From: Camelus ferus
Taxonomy: Eukaryota
Length of the DNA stretch: 64,000 nt
Assembly: GCF_009834535.1 (NCBI RefSeq)
Contig: NC_045696.1
Span: 100,318,001-100,382,000 of the forward strand
Direction: 5' to 3'
Shown here one piece after another: positions 63,961 to 64,000 of the stretch. Numbering within the stretch: position 1 is the stretch's first letter; each line of letters opens with the position of its first letter. The position numbers were made by a program, and so were the translations under genes. A model generated the notes under the pieces. That model had not been told where the DNA came from and searched no databases. It saw only the letters and a list, made by a program, of their open reading frames with translations.

Positions 63961-64000
63961 TTAGGGAGTTTTTTCCCCATGTTGCTTTGGCAAACCTCTA

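Larger units (their letters stand above)
10050..64000 (+). pseudogene. Decayed multi-exon axonemal dynein heavy chain-like pseudogene (tail region; motor domain expected beyond the window)
   Basis: Colinear exon-like remnants, many with AG/GT boundaries, encode DHC tail motifs: YLNFKHDVTKLE (31733), LMFSGISTCEKLK..SEI (34014), IEKDIVKRL..PGTFKVNF (34707-34808), PFSVLPGLAANAEK*RLL (41950), KYEKEIHFEDEH..LWYNYLQK (48220-48370), IQ*QI..YLK (52463), DTVTRMFPVDY (60613-60645), KSLVKYHNE (60775), GPF (62812), FWDCFYDV (63897). Most segments carry stops or frameshifts. Compared with DNAH sequences from memory, not by database search. Confidence 0.75.

Noticed and set aside
1..64000. CRISPR arrays, operons, prokaryotic defence systems, rRNA genes
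   Set aside because: The sequence is mammalian; no regularly spaced repeat-spacer array or rRNA-like segment was seen.
10050..64000. Assigning the symbol DNAH2 (or another DNAH) to the pseudogene
   Set aside because: Similarity is remote and recalled from memory. Canonical DNAH orthologs are highly conserved in mammals, so a symbol cannot be supported.

Overview
Mammalian genomic DNA, AT-rich and repeat-rich, probably camelid: it carries a simple tRNA-Ala-derived SINE of the vic-1 type. No intact protein-coding gene is evident. Most ORF-track hits are L1 fragments or chance ORFs. The main result is a series of about 18 short non-repeat segments on the + strand, from about 10.1 kb to the window end. 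Translated through stops and frameshifts, they give peptides that follow the tail region of an axonemal dynein heavy chain in colinear order (N-terminus, DHC_N1, linker, start of DHC_N2). I interpret this as a heavily decayed, intron-containing dynein heavy chain pseudogene, probably unitary. The alignments were made by eye against DNAH2/5/9/10 sequences recalled from memory and need an HMM or tBLASTn check. A 5.8-kb L1 with a 15-bp target-site duplication (TSD) sits on the codons of the conserved VNF motif. A CpG-island promoter lies in the next intron. Other content: several solo ERV1 LTRs (three with clean 4-bp TSDs; two inverted pairs), MaLR/ERVL LTRs, old L1M/L2/MIR/MER DNA-transposon relics and microsatellites.
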